Notes: a model not told the origin generated them from the letters alone. 64,000 nt of DNA from Mantamonas sphyraenae STR306 (GCA_026936335.1 JAPMXV010000050.1:62001-126000), one strand, 5' to 3'. Numbered from the stretch's first letter, positions 21,001-33,500 are shown. Made by a program: numbers and translations.

Positions 21001-22407
21001 CTGGGCCACTGCGTCCAACACCTCCCTCTTTGCCCACAAGGTCCACTCGTGGAAGAAGTACAACTGGCAGCGCAAGATGCAGGCCGCTCCCCGGCCAAGA
21101 TCAAGTACCCCAGCGCCGCTTTCAAGAAGGCTGTCAAGCGCCGTTGCGCTCGCATCTTCAACCTCAACCTGCGTCTCGCCTGCCACGTCGACGCCATCGC
21201 CGGCTTCCGCCGCGCTGCCGCTCGCCGTGCCCTCGCACGTCTGCTCCGCATCAAGACAGCCGCAGGACGCGTCCACTGGCTCAAGACCTCGCGCTCTTTT
21301 GCACGTGCACGCAAGCCAAAGAGCTGCACCAAGGCCACCAAGGCCATGCGCAGCGTCATTGCCGCCGCGCGCCACTGGATCCGCCGCCTCAGCTTCAAGA
21401 AGCTCATCAAGGCTTACACTCGCAAGCTGTCCGCGTATGTCCGTGCCACCGCGCGCGCCCAGGCCAAGTGCACCATTGTCTTGCGTCGCCTCGCCGCCGC
21501 TCGCAACGCCTTCAAGTTCCTCGCCGCGCGCTGGAAGTCCGTGTATGCCTCCAACGACCACAAGGCCATGCGCAAGTGGATCAACCACTCGCGCACGACC
21601 ATTCGCCACTGGCGCATTCAGTGGTCCTACAAGAGGTCCTTCCTTGCCCAGGTCACCCGCTGGGCCAAGCAGTTTGCTTGGTGGAACAAGAACTCCCGCT
21701 GGGTGCGCTACAAGCCCTACCGCCCCGTCCAGATCTGCGCACGCCACAAGTTTATCCGCTCCAAGCTGGCTGCCACCTACGCCTCCATGAAGACCGTCCT
21801 GCAGGGCCCGCACAGCAAGCGCGTCAAGTGTGGCACCACCCGCAAGTACGCTCGCTTCCTCTTCCGCGCCTCCTACTACCTGTGGAACCAGCTCAACAAG
21901 CAGGCCAGCTCCATGGACTGCACACGCTGCTTCACCAAGCGCACAAAGTGGAACCAGAAGGGCGGCAAGCTGCTCAAGGATGACGACGCCGACCAGGACG
22001 TCGCCGACGCAGACTCCAACGCAAACGCTGATCTCAACAGCGCCGCCGAGGTTGCTGCTCGTAAGCGTTTGGCCAAGTCGTGCGACCACCACCTGTGGCG
22101 CCCCACGCTGCACTGCCGCAAGCGCATGTACCTCAGCGTCGCCACCGCGTGCTCGCGCGTCCTCTTCCAGCGCCGCTACGTCCAGTACGTCTACCGCCGC
22201 GCCTCCATCTTTGTCAAGCGCAACTACCGTGCGCTTGTCAAGCGCAACGGCAAGTATGTGGCCAACGAGCTCAGGAAGGCCGTCCACCGCCTCAAGTATC
22301 TGCGCGTCAGCTTCCGCAGCCTCAGCGTCACCATGCGCTGCGGCCGCTGCGGCAAGCACTACGCCAAGGCACAGAAGCGTGCCATCAAGAAGGCAGGCGG
22401 CAACTGA
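8951..22407 (+). CDS. Giant secreted Arg/Lys-rich polyprotein (~4,320 aa) with acidic pro-segments, 8 tandem GDPH/vWD-like repeats and one canonical vWD domain
   Basis: Exons 8951-8995 (MQRARLLVILLCACL), 9359-9620 and 9742-22407; introns 8996-9358 and 9621-9741 have GTAAG donors and ACTGAC branches. Single-base deletions near 19025 (TTT vs TTTT in the copy at ~14114) and 21090 (CCCC) join ORFs 9468..19055, 18902..21790 and 20746..22407. GDPH at 12411, 13233, 14079, 15063, 16047, 17028, 18012, 18990 and 20429; the last reads CYATGDPHMRTFDG...GLCGHANG...DDL. Confidence 0.85.
11964..12035 (+). repeat. (CGC/CGT)n tract encoding R14-VV-R8
   Basis: Read directly; in frame, immediately after DADAEA. 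Confidence 0.95.
12360..19760 (+). repeat. Eight tandem 822-984 bp coding repeats (vWD-like GDPH module plus Cys-pair basic helical linkers)
   Basis: GDPH spacings are 822, 846, 984, 984, 981, 984 and 978 nt. Copies 4-6 are near-identical at DNA level; copies 1 and 7 are diverged. Confidence 0.95.
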
Positions 22408-22486
22408 ATGTCACATGTCTAGTCGGATAAGGGGCAGGCACAGCGCCTGTCGCGAGGACCCCAGCCATCCGCGCACATGCCCACGT

Positions 22487-22524
22487 CACACACACACGCA
22501 CACACACACACACTTTCACACTCA
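22487..22524. repeat. Imperfect (CA)n microsatellite
   Basis: cacacacacgcacacacacacacac. Similar tracts lie at 5789-5820 and 60317-60380. Confidence 0.8.
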
Positions 22525-22806
22525 ACATGCAGCTGTCCACACATAGACGCGCACACTGCTCGCAACGTCGCTCTCGAGCGGGGTTTGGGGAAAGCCCGCC
22601 CGAGTCAAAAGCAAGCTTACAGCGACGCTGTGCGTGCTCCGCTACCGGGATGAAACCCCGAGGGCATGGCCGTCAAGCGAGCACGTGTGCTGTGTTGTGG
22701 ACGTTTTCAGCTGCGCAGCAAGAGTGTCGTGTGTGGAAGGTCTGGAGATGGGGAGTCATGGAGTGTCGGGAAGAATGGAAACCAACAGCATTGCTGGGAA
22801 ATCGCC

Positions 22807-24350
22807 TCACCCCTTTGTTTTGCGTGCAACCAGAGAACGCAGGCGCAGTAGCGCGATGCGCACACTTTGCGCCAGAGTTCGCAAGGCCAGCCAAACAAGC
22901 GCCAGATGAAATCCCAAAAACACAAAGATTTGACCCAGCATAAAGAAGCCATTGACGCGCAGCACGTGCAACATGCGCTTGCTGTCGCAGCTGTTGCGTT
23001 CCCCTTCGTGCCACAGCACACTCTGTTCGTTGACCATATTGAACTGCAGGTCCACCCCGGCCACCTGTTTGCCCGTCAGCGCATTGTGAATGGACACCTT
23101 GAGGACGTCACGCATCCAATCCATGCGAAGCACCGCGTAGTTTTTGCCCAAGTACGGCTGACCTAACCGCTGGTAGGCCGGGATCAGGTTGAAGAATCGT
23201 TCCCACACGCCCAAACCGCGATCAAATACAGCCAAGATCGACCGCATGCTGTGTGTCAGCCCAGACGATGTCACTTCAAGCAGAGGGCGCGTCAGAGGCG
23301 CACAAAAAACCTGGTTAAACTCGCTAAAGTGCACGTCACCAGACATCAACGCCACCCGGCGCAGCCCACTTTCGCCGATTAGCCGCAGCAGCCTGTCCCT
23401 CGCCTTGGGAAAGACAGACCAGCTCTCCTGCAGTGGGCGGCCTGCAGGGAGCACCTGTGTGCCCGATCCAATCAACACCACCTCGCCCGGTGTCGCTGCT
23501 GCCGCCCCCACCTGTCCTTCCAGCCAGGTCCACTGTTCTTCCCCCAGCATGTCTGCCGTCTCGTTGTGCACCTTCCAGCCCAACCGATGACTGTATTGCT
23601 GCGGTGTGCGATGGTACCGCACGTCCAGCAGCACAATGCGCACCGTTCGGTAGGGTCCGGCATGGATGATGTGCGACGACCACAGCCCGGCTTGCGTCCT
23701 CCTCGGGTCGTCCTGCCTGGCATCAAGAAAGTCCAGATACACTTGCTTCACCTCTTCTCGCACAGGGTTCTCGCTTCCGGCGTCGTTTAGGGCGTAGTCG
23801 TGGTCGTCCCACACTCCAAGCACCGGTTTCTCTGGGGTTTCGTCGTCGGTGTGATCGGTCGCCCCGTTGACGTCAGCTCCCGTCACCAAGCCCAATGCCT
23901 CACTCAACCCTCGCTGGATGGCTCAATGGTGCGCACAACCATGCGGGGACGCACTGAGCGCCTTTTGGATACCGGCCACTGCTTACCTCGCGCAGCCATG
24001 GACTCGCGAAACGCCACGTACTCAGGCTCTTGCTTCTGCTGCTCAAACACAGCCTTGACCTGCTCCAGGGGCCTCAAACGCCACAGCCCCGGTAAGGGCA
24101 GTCGATGATCTGCGTAGACAGCGTCCCCCAACCAGATGAACGCATCGGGTTCGGTCTTGCCGATGTTTGGCCAATAGCTCTGGTCTTTGCCTTGCTTGTT
24201 GCAACTGGCAAACACAACCACCGTTTCATCATTGCTCGACCCATCACTCATCGACGTCTCCTTGCCCTGAATACACACTCCACTCGATGCCACAAACATC
24301 ACTACAAGCAGGGTCAGCAACCCATTGCGCAGGGCGGTCGCGGTCGTCAT
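22807..24350 (-). CDS. PhoD-family alkaline phosphatase/phosphodiesterase, signal peptide plus C-terminal TM anchor, ~462 aa
   Basis: Exons 24350-23987 and 23831-22807; intron 23832-23986 (GTAAGC, GCTGAC, CAG). Motifs FASCNKQ, FIWLGDAVYAD, GVWDDHDY, LLDVRYHR, MLGEEQWTWL, SGDVHFSE, EVTSSGLTHS. Confidence 0.92.
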
Positions 24351-24537
24351 CACCTTCTTGTTGCCTACCCATGCGCAAACAGCCTCCATTCCCCTGTTTG
24401 TGGCTTCCATTCTCCGGCGAGGGCTCGCGACACTCTCGCCGGCGTTTGCTCCATGCCACAGGAGACATGACATGGCCCTCTTGGAATCCATCGCCAACAC
24501 ACGTTCTTTCCACAACCCACACAACCAAAACACAAGC

Positions 24538-27500
24538 ATGAGCGATACCTTGGGCGCCCTGGCCAATGCCTGGGCTGATCCTACGAGGAAACAGCATGCA
24601 CTGAACCGATTAAGGTTTGTTTCTCGGTCCCCAAGTGTGAATGTGCCGATCCGTGGATCCGCTTTCTCACACCCACACTGCCCCACGCTCCGCACTGCAG
24701 CTCATCGGCAGAGAATACGCCTGGCTCCACCTTTCAAGCCATTTTGGACAGCATTGCCCAAGCTCCAGCCGACGGTGCGTGTCCACAAGCAGCCCAGCGA
24801 AATTTGGCGGGAGCTGATCTTTTTGGCGCCAAGACGGCGCGGAAAGTTGCATCCAGCGCCCCGTTGCCTACCGTCACCCGTTACGCTGACACTCAGCCTG
24901 CCCACGCCTTTCCCATGTACCTGCATCTATGCATGCCAACCACAGTATTGAGCACGGCATCGACACTGGCCAAACTGGGCCAGGTGGCCGCTCAGAACAA
25001 GCGTCTGCAAACACGCAACGCCGACCTTGCCAAGGCGCTCACTGCGGCTGTCGACATGAACCAGAACTTGAAATCACAGGTGGGCATGCTGCGAAACAAG
25101 TGTGAGCGCCAACAGAAGCTCCTGCAAAGCTTTGAAAGCGAGGTCGGACACATGGACGACCTTCGCAACGAACTCGCACGCCAACGGGCGCTTTGTGAGA
25201 GCCTGGAGGCTCAGATGGCAAGAAACAAAGCGGCCATGGACGCCATGCGAGCCAAAGCACACGCAAAAGACGCACATGGAGGGCACACACGACCGGACGA
25301 GACCGGGCAGCCTGCAGTGGTGCGCGTTCACGAACAACTTTTGCGGGACATTGCAGAAGCGAAGAAAGAGACAGCCAAGCGCCACGCAGAGGCAATGAGG
25401 CAAGCAAAGGAAGCACAGGTAGTGGATGACGTGGACCGTGAAGCACAGGAAACAGTGCGCGTGTTGAGTCACTTTGATCACCAACACGCCAGCGTGGAGG
25501 AGCGTGCCGCCATGACCCATCGCATGCAGAAAGTGACGCAAAAGATGGCGATGTATCGGCCCACACGAATCGGTGACCACGCACTACAAGAGGCCCAACA
25601 AGAACAGGAAAACCAGAGCCAGCGGACCAAGGCAAAGAGAAAACCCAGCAAGCAGCGACGTGCATTGACCCAGGTCAAGAACGCACCCGTGCACTCTGTT
25701 GCGCAACACTCGTCTGAAAGCGTGCACACGCCCATGGAAAGCCAGCCTCAGGACCTAGATGCCCCTCACAGCGCGTTTGCGCAGCAGCGATCAACAACCA
25801 TGCCAATGCCACTCGAAACGGCACTGACGGTCCAGGAAGTGGCCAAGAGAGTGGCCGAGCTGGATGTGGAACAGATGAGCACAGAGGAGCGTGTTGCTGC
25901 CGGTCGTCATATGCTGCAGGCTGCAGTGGCACTGAGCAACGACGAATCGATTCTTCGACCCGCGCCAGAGACCAACACACCCGGCAAGAGCATCCGACAA
26001 CAACAAGACAAAGACGTGGAAGTGAAAACCCCTGTGCGACTTGCAGAAAGCGAGCGTGTGGTGGAGGTTGTACGCGAGCTGGAGAAGATGGACGTCCGGG
26101 CGATGACGCAGGAAGAGCGCATCCAGGCCGTTGAGCGCATGCACATGGCAGCTCAAGCGCTTGAAAATGACCAATCGGTGCTGGGAAGCACTTCCACGCC
26201 AGCTGGGGAGGACGATTCAGTGGAGGGAGTTGGCCTGTTGTCTCCCATCGGTGCAGGATTTCGCGAGGAGATGGCCATGTCACCAAACCAGTCGCTGATG
26301 GTGTCGTTGATGCAGGAAAAGGCACGCAGCGCATCGGGTTGGGATGAAGTGGACGCTGCCTGGGCAACGGTGCAGCAGTTGTGCGAGAAGCAACATCAGT
26401 CGCAAGAGCTGCAACAGCACAAGGACGTGGTGGATCATGAGCGCATGGACAGACTGAAAGCTAGCCTGGCAGCGCAACACGACGTTGTCAACAGACTGAA
26501 CACAGAAGTGGAAACGGCACAGCAGCAGGCACATGATTGGAGAGCAGCCGCCGCGGAGTGGCAGGAACGCCATGCAGACGCCATGCAGTCACTGTCGCGT
26601 GTCGCAAGCAAGTTGGCACAACAAGAGGCACAATCTGTGCAACACCAAAAGATGGGCAAAAAGACATATGACCGACTGGTGATGCGAAAGAAAGAAGCTG
26701 CACAACATGCGCGAGAGCTCGCTGAAACAAAGGCTGCATTGAGCGACGCTCAGGCAAAGCTGGAGGCCCTGGAACGGGAACGAGATGACGTCCAACGTGA
26801 AGCAAATGCATTGGAGAGGACAAGCCGGGCTATTGCGCACGCTGCGGACGAAAGAGACCGACAGATCGCGCTTGTGGAGCAGGCGAGGGATGCCGCTGAA
26901 GCGCGTCAGAGAGTGCAGGCGCAACAGAACGAGGAAGACATGCGGGACTTGCGCAAAAAGGTACGCGATGAATTAGAAGCGATGGATAGCGACAGAAGGG
27001 AGGCACTATTGCAGGCGGAAGCAAAGATCAGGCGCTTGGAGGAGGAGAAGGATGCTGAGAAGAAGCAAGCATTGATGAAACTGGAGGAGGAGAAGGGTGC
27101 CGAGCAGCGCAAGGCAGTGGCAGCTGTGGAGGAGGAGAAGGAGGCTGAGAAGAAGCAGGCACTGATGAAGCTGGAGGAGGAGAAGGATGCCGAGCAGCGC
27201 AAGGCAGTGGCAGCTGTGGAGGAGGAGAAGGATGCTGAGAAGAAGCAGGCACTGATGAAGCTGGAGGAGGAGAAGGATGCCGAGAAGAAGCAGGCACTGA
27301 TGAAGCTGGAGGAGGAGAAGGATGCCGAGCAGCGCAAGGTGGTGGCAGCTGTGGAGGAGGAGAAGGAGGCAGAGAAGAAGCAGGCATTGGTGAAGCTTGA
27401 GGAGGAGAAGGATGCTGAGAAGAAGCAGGCATTGATGAAGCTGGGGGAGGAGAAGGATGCCGAGCAGCGCAAGGCAGTGGCAGCTGTGGAGGAGGAGAAG

Positions 27501-30500
27501 GAGGCTGAGAAGAAGCAGGCACTGATGAAGCTGGGGGAGGAGAAGGATGCTGAGAAGAAGCAGGCACTGATGAAGCTTGAGGAGGAGAAGGATGCTGAGC
27601 AGCGCAAGGCAGTGGCAGCTGTGGAGGAGGAGAAGGAGGCTGAGAAGAAGCAGGCACTGATGAAGCTGGAGGAGGAGAAGGATGCCGAGCAGCGCAAGGC
27701 AGTGGCAGCTGTGGAGGAGGAGAAGGAGGCAGAGAAGAAGCAGGCACTGATGAAGCTTGAGGAGGAGAAGGATGCCGAGCAGAAGCAGGCACTGATGAAG
27801 CTTGAGGAGGAGAAGGATGCTGAGCAGCGCAAGGTGGTGGCAGCTGTGGAGGAGGAGAAGGACGCTGAGAAGAAGCAGGCACTGATGAAGCTTGAGGAGG
27901 AGAAGGATGCTGAGAAGAAGCAGGCATTGATGAAGCTGGGGGAGGAGAAGGATGCTGAGCAGCGCAAAGCAGTGGCAGCTGTGGAGGAGGAGAAGGAGGC
28001 TGAGAAGAAGCAGGCATTGATGAAGCTGGAGGAGGAGAAGGAGGCTGAGCAGAAGCAGGCACTGATGAAGCTTGAGGAGGAGAAGGATGCCGAGCAGCGC
28101 AAGGCAGTGGCAGCTGTGGAGGAGGAGAAGGAAGCCGAGAAGAAGCAGGCACTGATGAAGCTGGAGGAGGAGAAGGATGCCGAGCAGCGCAAGGCAGTGG
28201 CAGCTGTGGAGGAGGAGAAGGATGCTGAGAAGAAGCAGGCACTGATGAAGCTGGAGGAGGAGAAGGATGCTGAGAAGAAGCAGGCACTGATGAAGCTGGA
28301 GGAGGAGAAGGAGGCTGAGCAGAAGCAGGCACTGATGAAGCTTGAGGAGGAGAAGGATGCTGAGCAGCGCAAGGCAGTGGCAGCTGTGGAGGAGGAGAAG
28401 GAGGCTGAGAAGAAGCAGGCACTGATGAAGCTTGAGGAGGAGAAGGATGCTGAGCAGCGCAAGGCAGTGGCAGCTGTGGAGGAGGAGAAGGAGGCTGAGA
28501 AGAAGCAGGCACTGATGAAGCTGGAGGAGGAGAAGGATGCCGAGCAGCGCAAGGCAGTGGCAGCTGTGGAGGAGGAGAAGGATGCCGAGAAGAAGCAGGC
28601 ACTGATGAAGCTGGAGGAGGAGAAGGATGCCGAGCAGAAGCAGGCACTGATGAAGCTTGAGGAGGAGAAGGATGCTGATCAGCGCAAGGCAGTGGCAGCT
28701 GTGGAGGAGGAGAAGGAGGCTGAGAAGAAGCAGGCACTGATGAAGCTTGAGGAGGAGAAGGATGCTGAGCAGCGCAAGGCAGTGGCAGCTGTGGAGGAGG
28801 AGAAGGACGCTGAGAAGAAGCAGGCACTGATGAAGCTGGAGGAGGAGAAGGATGCTGAGCAGCGCAAGGCAGTGGCAACTGTGGAGGAGGAGAAGGAGGC
28901 TGAGAAGAAGCAGGCACTGATGAAGCTGGAGGAGGAGAAGGATGCCGAGCAGAAGCAGGCACTGATGAAGCTTGAGGAGGAGAAGGATGCCGAGCAGCGC
29001 AAGGCAGTGGCAGCTGTGGAGGAGGAGAAGGACGCTGAGAAGAAGCAGGCACTGATGAAGCTGGAGGAGGAGAAGGATGCCGAGAAGAAGCAGGCACTGA
29101 TGAAGCTGGAGGAGGAGAAGGATGCTGAGCAGAAGCAGGCACTGATGAAGCTTGAAGAGGAGAAGGATGCTGAGAAGCGCAAGGCAGTGGCAACTGTGGA
29201 GGAGGAGAAGGATGCCGAGAAGAAGCAGGCACTGATGAAGCTTGAGGAGGAGAAGGATGCCGAGCAGAAGCAGGCACTGATGAAGCTTGAGGAGGAGAAG
29301 GATGCTGATCAGCGCAAGGCAGTGGCAGCTGTGGAAGGTGAATACGACATCCAGCAAGGGAAGCTCCTTTCCCAGATAGCGGACTCCAAGGTTGAAGCCG
29401 AACAAGGGCAGGAGATTCTTAAGCACCTGTCCCAGAGTGACAGTAGGCAGGCTGACGCCCTTGTCAATCTGCGCATGGAAGCCGCAGAACATGCTGCGAT
29501 CATCTCAAAGCTCACCGAGGTTGCCAGGAATATGGATCCCCATGAAGAATTGGAGTGTGAAAAGTGTAGGATGGAAGTTGAGCTTGTGGGCGAGTGCAGT
29601 GAGCATGTGCTAAAGGCAAGAGTGGAACGAGGCGCACAAGCGAACCAACACGAGTTTGCAGAGGTGGAAAGTACCGGGGATGAATGCGTCTGGGAAGGAG
29701 AGTGCGTCTCAAGGGATGAGAAGAAGCGAGGCTGGTTGTTGACCAAGTTGGAAGTCGAAGGGGCAGGCGAACAAGCCGGACGAGACGAGCAATCCGTCGG
29801 TTTGGGACGCGAAGGGCGTGCAGAGGTACAGCGTTTGCGTGGAGCGGTGCAGAAGGGCACATTTGAGATTCGACGCATGCGAGCCGTGTGGCAGAAAGAG
29901 AAGGACATTGCAGAAGCAGAACGTGAGGCGCTACAAGCGCGTGTCGACGAGCTGGAAGCCATTGCTGTACGCAAGCCTTCCCCTGGTCCCATATCCCCTC
30001 CCCACACAGAGAGTGGAGACGACGATCAACACGACTCGCTCATGGCTCTTCAGGACCAGCTTAAGCAGCTACGCGCAGAGAAGGACTCGGCAATTTCCAG
30101 TTTGATGCGAGCACGCCAAGAGGCAGAAAAAGAGGCCTTTGCTGTTGGTTGCGCGCTCCAGGAGCTCCGGAAAGAGAAGGAGCATGCCGTATGGGCTATG
30201 GAAATCCACCAGGATCCTGTCGCCACGCTTGTATCCATGCAGGAACGTGTCGAGACTTTGCAACGCAACAGAGATCAACTCGATCGCATGTTGATGTGGG
30301 AGCGCGAAGAGAAGGAGGCTGCATGGAAGTGCGTGGACACATTGGGCACGGCCTGGGAGTTGGCCGACAGAGAGGCGGAGGAACGGGCAGCCTACGCAGA
30401 CGAAACTTTGGGTGAACTGCGGTCTCAGGTCGAGCAACTTCTGTGCTCCAAGAACGAGCTGGAGGCCAATGTTGCCTCGCAGAGCAAGCAGAAGGATGAG

Positions 30501-33500
30501 CTTTTGATGGCAGTTCAGGAAGCTCAACAAAGGAATGCGGCCCTCGAAAGTGAGCAACAGAACCTGCAACACCTGCACGAAGAACTGGAAAAGAGTCATG
30601 CACAAACCATTGAATCAATGGAAACGCACACAGCCAAGCTGGAGAAGAAGTTGGACAATATGCGTGCACGACGCAAGAAGGAGGGCGAGCAGCACGCTGC
30701 ATCGCAGGCACGACTCCGTGCCGCTCTGGCCAGTGCAGAGGGCAACATGGTGAAGATTCTCCAAGCATGCAAGGCCTCACAGGACGAGATGGATGCTGCT
30801 GAAGAAGCACTAAAAAAGGCAGACATGGAGGTACAGCAACTTCAAGCGCGCGTGCGAGAGCTGGAAACGACATCACAGCAGCAAAAGGAAGCAATCATCC
30901 GAGCAGTGGCACGGGCTACAAACTCCTCCCTCCAAGATGAGGAGGTTTCCGACGTCCAAGCCATCGATGGCCTTCAAGAGCTGGTCAATCAGATTGAAAC
31001 CGAACAGAACCAGAACAAGGCGATGCGTGCAAAGAACGAGGAGCTGCGGCGTCATGTTGCACAGTTGCGAAGCGAAAAGGACGCAGCCATCTCGAGGCTG
31101 ATGCGGGCACGCCAGCAAGCTGAGAAAGAGGCGCATCGCCTTGGCGAGGCATTGCGCAGGGCGCAGGAAGAGCGCGAGCATCATCAGAGCACAATCGACC
31201 ACCTTGCAAGCGATCAGGGACAAAGTGTGTCCACACATATCGTCACTAAACAGACACCGGCAAGTGCACAGTCGTACGTGCGTGAGCTGGAGAACCAGCG
31301 TGACGTTCTCGACCGCATGGTGGCTGGGTCACAGGAAGACACGCGCATCGCGTTGCGTTCTTTGGAAGAGGCCTGGGAGCAAGTCGAGAAGGCCGCTACG
31401 GAGAACTCAAACCATATGAAGCACGTTGCCGCGCTGGAGGGCGAACTTTGCCGTCTTCGGGAAATCGTGGCATCCGCAGACGAGGAAAGAGAAGGAAAAG
31501 GAACCAACGTGGCCGCGATGATCACTGTGCAAGGACCAAAGGAACGCGAGATGCAGGCCACGTACACCGGCACTTTGCAATCCACCGAGATGTCACGGCT
31601 GCTCCGTGGGAGCAGAGCACACACAGAGGCTCTGGAACAAGAGAGGAACAGACTGGAGCAACAGGTTTCCGAACAGAAGGAGGTCATGCAACAGCTGCAG
31701 CGCCGTCTGGACAACCACGACAGAAAGCACGAGCACCACCGCACAGAACTGACACAGGCCATGTCCAGTGCAGTTTCAGCAATGCACGTGGCACAGGAAG
31801 ACGCACAAGCGCAGTCCACAGCCATGCAAAAAGTGGTGGAGGAACTGGAAGAGAACACAAGCATTATCGCCTCCCTGGAAGAAGACTTGAACAGAGAAAG
31901 GCTGAGATCGACCCAAGCGCAACAGAGAATTGAAGAGCTGACAGCACAACTGCAAATGACGAGAGAAGCCACGGCGGAGCAGCTTACAGAGGTCACTGAG
32001 GAGAAGCAGGTTGTTGCCACGCAGCTGGCAGATGTGACTGACGAGAAGGAGACAGTGACGAAGCAGCTGGCAGAGGTGACCGAAGAGAAGGAGACCGCCG
32101 TGAAGAAGCTTGCAGAGGGGACTGAGGAGAAGGAGGCTGTGACCAAGCAGCTGGCCGAGATGGTTGAGGAGAAGGAGGCTGTAACCAAGCAGCTGGCAGA
32201 TGTGACCGAGGAGAAGGAGACCGCCGTGAAGAAGCTGGCGGCGACCAAGGCATCCAAAGTACGCAGTGAAGAAGCACTGGAGGCAAAGGTGGCAGAGCTT
32301 GTGCAAGAAGTGTCCGAGGCACGATCGCGATCAGAGAGGCTGGCGGAGATTGAGGATGTGGACAAGCGTGTGCGGGCAGCCAACGAAGAGTTGCAGAAGG
32401 AGAATGCGACATTGCGGGAAGAGAAATCTGCTTGGAAGGAGGAGATGAGGAAGTACGAAGAACGGGCAGTTGTGGCAGAAGAGGAGGTGGAACGAGTTGA
32501 GGCGGAGATTGTATTGGTGAGAGAGGAGGTTGTGAAGGAGAGGGCGGAGAGGGAGGCTGTGGCCAAGCAGCTGGCAGATGTGACTGAGGAGAAGGAAACC
32601 ACCGTGAAGCAGCTTGCCGAGGTGACTGAGGAGAAGGAGACAGCCGTGAAGCAGGTGGCAGAGGTGATTGAGGAGAAGGAGGCTGTGACCAAGCAGCTGG
32701 CCGAGATGGTTGAGGAGAAGGAGGCTGTAACCAAGCAGCTGGCAGATGTGACCGAGGAGAAGGAGACCGCCGTGAAGAAGCTGGCGGCGACCAAGGCATC
32801 CAAAGTACGCAGTGAAGAAGCACTGGATGCAAAGGTGGCAGAGCTTGTGCAAGAAGTGTCCGAGGCACGATCGCGATCAGAGAGGCTGGCGGAGATTGAG
32901 GATGTGGACAAGCGTGTGCGGGCAGCCAACGAAGAGTTGCAGAAGGAGAATGCGACATTGCGGGAAGGGAAATCTGCTTGGAAGGAGGAGATGAAGAAGT
33001 ACGAGGAACGGGCAGTTGTGGCAGAGGAGGAGGTGGAACGAGTTGAAGCGGAGATTGTATCGGTGAGAGAGGAGGTTGTGAAGGAGAGGGCGGAGAGGGA
33101 GGCTGTGGCCAAGCAGCTGGCAGATGTGACTGAGGAGAAGGAGGCTGTAACCAAGCAGCTGGCAGATGTGACTGAGGAGAAGGAAACCACCGTGAAGCAG
33201 CTTGCCGAGGTGACTGAGGAGAAGGAGACAGCCGTGAAGCAGCTGGCAGAGGTGATTGAGGAGAAGGAGGCTGTGACCAAGCAGGTGGCAGAGGTGACTG
33301 AGGAGAAGGAGGCTGTGACCAAGCAGCTGGCCGAGATGGTTGAGGAGAAGGAGGCTGTAACCAAGCAGCTGGCAGATGTGACCGAGGAGAAGGAGACCGC
33401 CGTGAAGAAGCTGGCGGCGACCAAGGCATCCAAAGTACGCAGTGAAGAAGCACTGGATGCAAAGGTGGCAGAGCTTGTGCAAGAAGTGTCCGAGGCACGA

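Noticed and set aside
19020-21095. Programmed ribosomal frameshifting in the polyprotein
   Set aside because: No X XXY YYZ slippery heptamer; a sister repeat has the intact sequence at the first site; both sites are homopolymers one base short.
22585-22600. GGGGAAAG resembling RNase MRP/P conserved region I
   Set aside because: No matching downstream P4 partner found.
27036-29336. CRISPR-like or satellite interpretation of the 45-bp array
   Set aside because: No unique spacers, units are in-frame coding with largely synonymous variation, no cas genes, eukaryotic context.
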